Below are positions 59,301 to 64,000 of a stretch of DNA of 64,000 nt, piece after piece (the stretch's first letter is position 1; the number at the start of each line of letters is the position of its first letter). A model generated the notes under the pieces. It saw nothing but the letters and a program-made list of their open reading frames with translations. It was not told where the DNA came from and did not search any database. Source of the stretch: Oikopleura dioica (lineage: Eukaryota; Animalia; Chordata); the NCBI GenBank assembly GCA_907165135.1, contig OU015566.1, forward strand, positions 8,370,001-8,434,000. The letters run 5' to 3'. Position numbers and translations under genes: made by a program.

Positions 59301-61600
59301 CGAATATCAAACGAGAACAAAACAGAATTCACGAGGCGATGGAGCTATACCAACGCGCACTCAAGGCCAAACCAGATTTCCCAGCTGCTCATTCCAATCT
59401 TGCGAGCATTCTTCAGCAGCAAGGTCGACATCATGAAGCAATCGAGCATTACAAACAGGCTATTAGGATTTTCCCTCAGGTTAGTTGATATTTTTGCGTT
59501 TCCACCATTTTATTTATTTATGTGGCTAACTTTGTTTCAGTTTGCTGATGCCTATTCGAACATGGGCAACACATATAAGGAAATGGCTCGGAATCAAGAA
59601 GCGATCCAGTGCTACCAATCAGCCATTTCAATCAATCCTAACTTCGCCGACGCATTTTCCAATCTTGCATCACTTCACAAAGATTGTGGTAACACCGCCG
59701 AAGCTATTCAGTACTTCGATTTTGCGCTGCGCATTCGACCCAACTTCCCCGAAGCATTTTGTGCTCGCGCTCATTGTCACCAGTACATTTGCGATTGGAA
59801 CGATTTCAATTCACGCAACGTCAAGATCGTTGAAATTGTCGACGAGCAGTTGAAAAAGGCACGTCTTCCGTCTGTCCACCCACATCACTCCATGCTTTAC
59901 CCTCTGTCTCATCATCAACGAAAGGCGATCGCTGGCAAGCACGCTCAATACTGTAAAGACAAGGTCGCATTGTACCAGCGCCCTCCAACCAAATTCGCCC
60001 CTCGACTCGGCAACAGGAGAATAAAAATTGGTTACGTCTCATCTGACTTTGGCAATCATCCCACCGCGCATCTTATGCAGTCCATTCCGGGTATGCATGA
60101 CAGTAACAATGTAGAAGTCTTCTGCTATGCATTGACACCCGACGACGGCACTACATACTTCAAGAAGATCAGCTCCGAAGCAGAACATTTCACAGATCTT
60201 TCACAGTACATTGACACCGCCCAGGCGGCGGACAAAATCAAAGCAGATGGAATCGACATTCTGCTGAACATGAACGGATACACTAAGGGAGCGCGAAACG
60301 AAATTTTCGCTCTCCGACCAGCGCCCATTCAGGTGATGTGGCTCGGTTATCCAGGAACTTCTGGCGCTGACTTCATGGACTACATTCTCACCGATGACCA
60401 AACCTCACCCGTCTCGTTGGTTGAGCAGTACTCAGAAAAACTCGCTTATATGGACCGAACATTTTTTATTGGCGATCACGCACAGATGTTTGCCCACATG
60501 GAACGAAAGATTCTTCTCTCTAATGGCCGCTCAACTACCGCGATGATTAACTACCAAGATCCCGAGACCCTTGCCCAGCTGATGGGCTGCATGTGCCTTC
60601 AAATGGAAGAAAACTACAAAAGCGAGGATGACGCGCTGAACTACGTTTCTAATGAGTTAGCCGAATACGCTGCTCTGGATGAAAATCACGACACATCGAT
60701 AGCTCTTCAAAACATGGTCATCAAAGGGCAACAATGTCTTCAAATCGGCGACATCAAAATAGTCAACGGACTAAATCTCGGTGCATTTGAGCCCCAAGCT
60801 TCGCAAGGCGAAGCAAAAGTCCTCAATGCTGTGTACACAAGTAGAAGACAATACGGACTTCCAGACGATGCCATTGTTTACTGCAACTTCAACCAACTCT
60901 ACAAGCTTGACCCGAACACGATGAGTGCTTGGTGTAATATTCTCAAAAAAGTTCCCGATGCCGTTATTTGGCTTCTCCGATTCCCCGCTCTTGGAGAGCG
61001 TTACGTACATGATTGGTGCTGGCGGTAAGACCACCCACATCGCGTTAAATTATTCAATTTTAAATTTTAGCCATCACAATATTCCTAAAGAGAGGATAAT
61101 TTTCTCCCCCGTCGCCGCTAAAGAAGAGCACGTTAGGCGAGGCCAACTCGCAGACGTCTGTCTTGACACTCCTCTCTGTAAGTTTATCTCGCCTAACCTG
61201 ACGCTAGTTATTAATTTAGGCAACGGACACACAACTGGTATGGACGTCTTGTGGGCAGGCTGCCCGATGGTCACGCTCCCGCTTGAATCGTTCGCTTCCC
61301 GTGTTGCTTCCAGTCAGATGAAGACTCTCGGCCTCAGTGAGCTCATTGCGGATGATTACTCTTCATATGAATCTATCGCTATCAGACTCGGAAACGATGT
61401 AGACTACAGAAGATCTATTCGGTAAGATCCCAGGGAATTATTTATTTCCTAACATTCTCTTTAGTTCGAGATTATATAATTTCCGTATGAGTTCACGACT
61501 TTTCTCTGTGAAAGACTACGCAAGTTCGATGGAACGGGTCTACCGAAAGATGATGGATCGCTTTAATGAAGGCCAACAACCTGAGCATCTGCTCGATTAA
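56353..61600 (+). CDS. OGT: O-GlcNAc transferase
   Basis: TPR array ([25 protein letters not shown]) and catalytic lobes ([73 protein letters not shown]). Stop at 61598-61600. Confidence 0.98.
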
Positions 61601-62770
61601 CTTGAAACTAAACTAAAAGTTTTGCCTCTTTTATCAACTTGCCTTAAACTACTACCAGTTAAACAAACAATATTTGTGTGATCGCCTATCCGCGATGGGA
61701 AGCATCTCAACCCTTGGACGTTCCTCACGGCGTGATGGCTAGAATGGGGTTTACTCATTTGTACATCTGAAAATATCTGCATATTTAACAGTGATTCAAA
61801 ACCGTGGCTAAATCATTATCGTAACTACTGTGTTCATCGAAGGGTCTCTGCATACTACTTTAAATTTATCAAATAAATGATTTGCCCAATAACTTCCTCT
61901 TTGATTCGTTTATGCAGGAGTAGATGATAAAGAATTCATGACCAAGTTGATGCAGTTTTATTCAGCAGCAGGTCGAGTTCATTCCAAATGAATACTAGTC
62001 TAGCCAGGATCACCCTTGGTCTTACTGTCAGGATCAATATTTTCCGTCAATATTCCAATTATAAGATTGACCATTTGATAAAACTGTCCCTATTGATGAC
62101 AACGTTTGTGACGAGACCCAGGGGATCGGCTTTAATCAAATTAAAATAAAACAAAGGCTTGGGTTCAAGTCGATTGATAGCCTTTACTGACTTCCGAATG
62201 TCAGTTGCGAATCGTAAGTTTTCGATGTGTCGAACAAGAACTTAATAACGATCAGATATTTTTGGCCGGAATTTTTATATCAAAATGAGGGTCAAGATAG
62301 AAGTCGCCTTTCACCCTACAAAACCTGGCAGTTTATCCTAGCATGATCCCGTGGGTTGTACATTCTGACCCATATAATAGGGTCCATATTGGAAGCTGTA
62401 AACTATTTATCGAAGTTTGAATATATTGACCAGAAAGGGAGTCGATAAATTTACATGAATTGTCAAAATTAAATTTGGAATAAGTGTTTAGGTATCGATT
62501 TTCAACAAAATCGTCATCCTTTGCGTGTGTGTGTATTATTGACGAAGGGAGACTCGCCTGAGGGCGCCGCCTGCATTGCCAAGAGACAGATTCAGAAAAA
62601 GGAAAGACTCAAGGAAATCATCTACGAAACACTCGAACTGTATTTGCATCACAACACTACAGTAACTAAAGGCAGACAGAGAGATCTATATATTTCGAAG
62701 GAAATCCAAGGGGAGAGAAGAAATCAACGAGGACCACTCGCACTAGAACATAAGACAATCTTTTGAAAAG

Positions 62771-63829
62771 ATGACGTCCGATCAAGAAGCTATGACTATG
62801 CGAGCTAACCAGGTTTGATTTTTTAAAGAATTTTACCCAGATTTTCTTCAAAATCTTTATTCAAATCGAATGATAGTACGACGAAAGATTTTTTTATCAA
62901 CCAAAAAATTTCAACAAAGTTCTTTAATCCATTCAAAATAAGACCATAAAACATTCATATTGCTCAACCATATGTTGAACCGACCTTCAAAATAGTTTTC
63001 GATTAAAAATTCATGGAGTAATTCAATATTTTTCAATGGTAACTCTTTCAATATTCAATTAAAGCTCACGGATGAGTCCTTGGACGCAACCAGGAGAATG
63101 GTGGCTCAAATGGAAGAATGTCAGGATTATGGCATCAGAACTCTGGTAGCACTTGATGAGCAGGGCGAACAACTGGAACGTATAGAAGATGGTAAGTGAA
63201 TAATGCTGGAAATCTTACAGTAAGGCCTTTACTGTCTCCCAAAATCTCGATTAGCCTGATTTCATGAAACCGCACTTTGAACTCCTCATTATCCGTCTTT
63301 TCTAAATGCTCTTTCTAGCTATGAATACGGTAAATAAAGACATGCGCGATGCAGAAAAGAACCTGGCTGGTCTGGAGAAATGTTGCGGTCTATGTGCGTG
63401 TCCTTGGCAAAAGGTCAGAATTCGAACTCTTTCGACTTACTAATTTATTATTAATAAAGGGGAAAACACCTCCAAAAGACGACGAATACAAAAGGATCTG
63501 GAAGAAGAATCAGGACGGGAAGGTTGTTTCCAGTCAGCCGATGAATGTTGCTGATGACAGAAATGCGGTAAGTCAACTTTATTTCGACGTACAAGTATAA
63601 GGATACTAAAGTTTTAACATTTGCCAAATTATCGCTATACACCTTGGCGAACGCAGAGATGACACTAGCATTAATAATTCGGCGGGTTCCGTCAGAAGAA
63701 GTGAAAGGAGCACGTCGCACTCATCCTTGTGTCGCTTAATTTATTATTTAGGTAACAATCGGCGGACCGATGATAAAGAGAGTCACCAATGATGCACGCG
63801 AAGATGAGATGGAGGAAAATCTCGGACAG
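62771..63829 (+). CDS. SNAP25: SNAP-25 (5' part; the gene continues beyond the window)
   Basis: [17 protein letters not shown]...[19 protein letters not shown], the palmitoylation cluster [19 protein letters not shown] and [14 protein letters not shown]. Confidence 0.95.
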
Positions 63830-64000
63830 GTTAGTTTCAGAATATGCAGAATTCTTCCTGAACTCAGTGAGTTTTCATGTAATTTTTGATGCATGCTTGA
63901 CAGTGAGCTTTCTCGCATGTCAGCGCGGCAACAGTTTCATTAGCGCGCTCATGTCAATATAAAAGGGGATCGATTTCAACAGTCACCCGAGGTACAATTC

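Noticed and set aside
61880-62360. Coding-like minus-strand stretch with repeated stops between OGT and SNAP25
   Set aside because: It could be a decayed gene or retroelement fragment, but no family motif was recognisable.

Overview
This is gene-dense, intron-rich animal DNA. Most introns are about 41-50 bp, AAG acceptors are frequent, some donors appear non-GT, and same-strand genes sit 100-300 bp apart. That style fits a larvacean tunicate such as Oikopleura (inference). Recognisable genes, left to right: divergent Treslin/TICRR, a KCTD-type BTB gene, three CIR1-family genes around DIM1/TXNL4A (whose last intron hosts an antisense PH-like gene), RhoA, FAM219-like, TRAM, Pinin, a LEM-domain membrane protein, a reduced MAGI-like PDZ gene with a nested antisense CYP, a PLA2-like gene, an HS2ST/UST-like sulfotransferase, a second CYP, a Spartin-like gene, GAR1, OGT and the 5' part of SNAP25. 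Three MITEs are present. One Pinin intron holds a 5.6-kb autonomous-looking DNA transposon with a spliced, intact Sola2-like transposase and a cargo ORF. The strongest discovery candidate is a minus-strand gene at 39785-44399, whose exons splice in frame into a 7-transmembrane GPCR-like domain fused to a tyrosine-kinase-like pseudokinase. Next are the atypical transposon with its tRNA-like/cargo cassette and a 1.6-kb OGT intron that appears to lie at the position of the vertebrate O-GlcNAc-regulated detained intron. All exon structures were traced by hand and all family calls come from recalled motifs; no database search was run.
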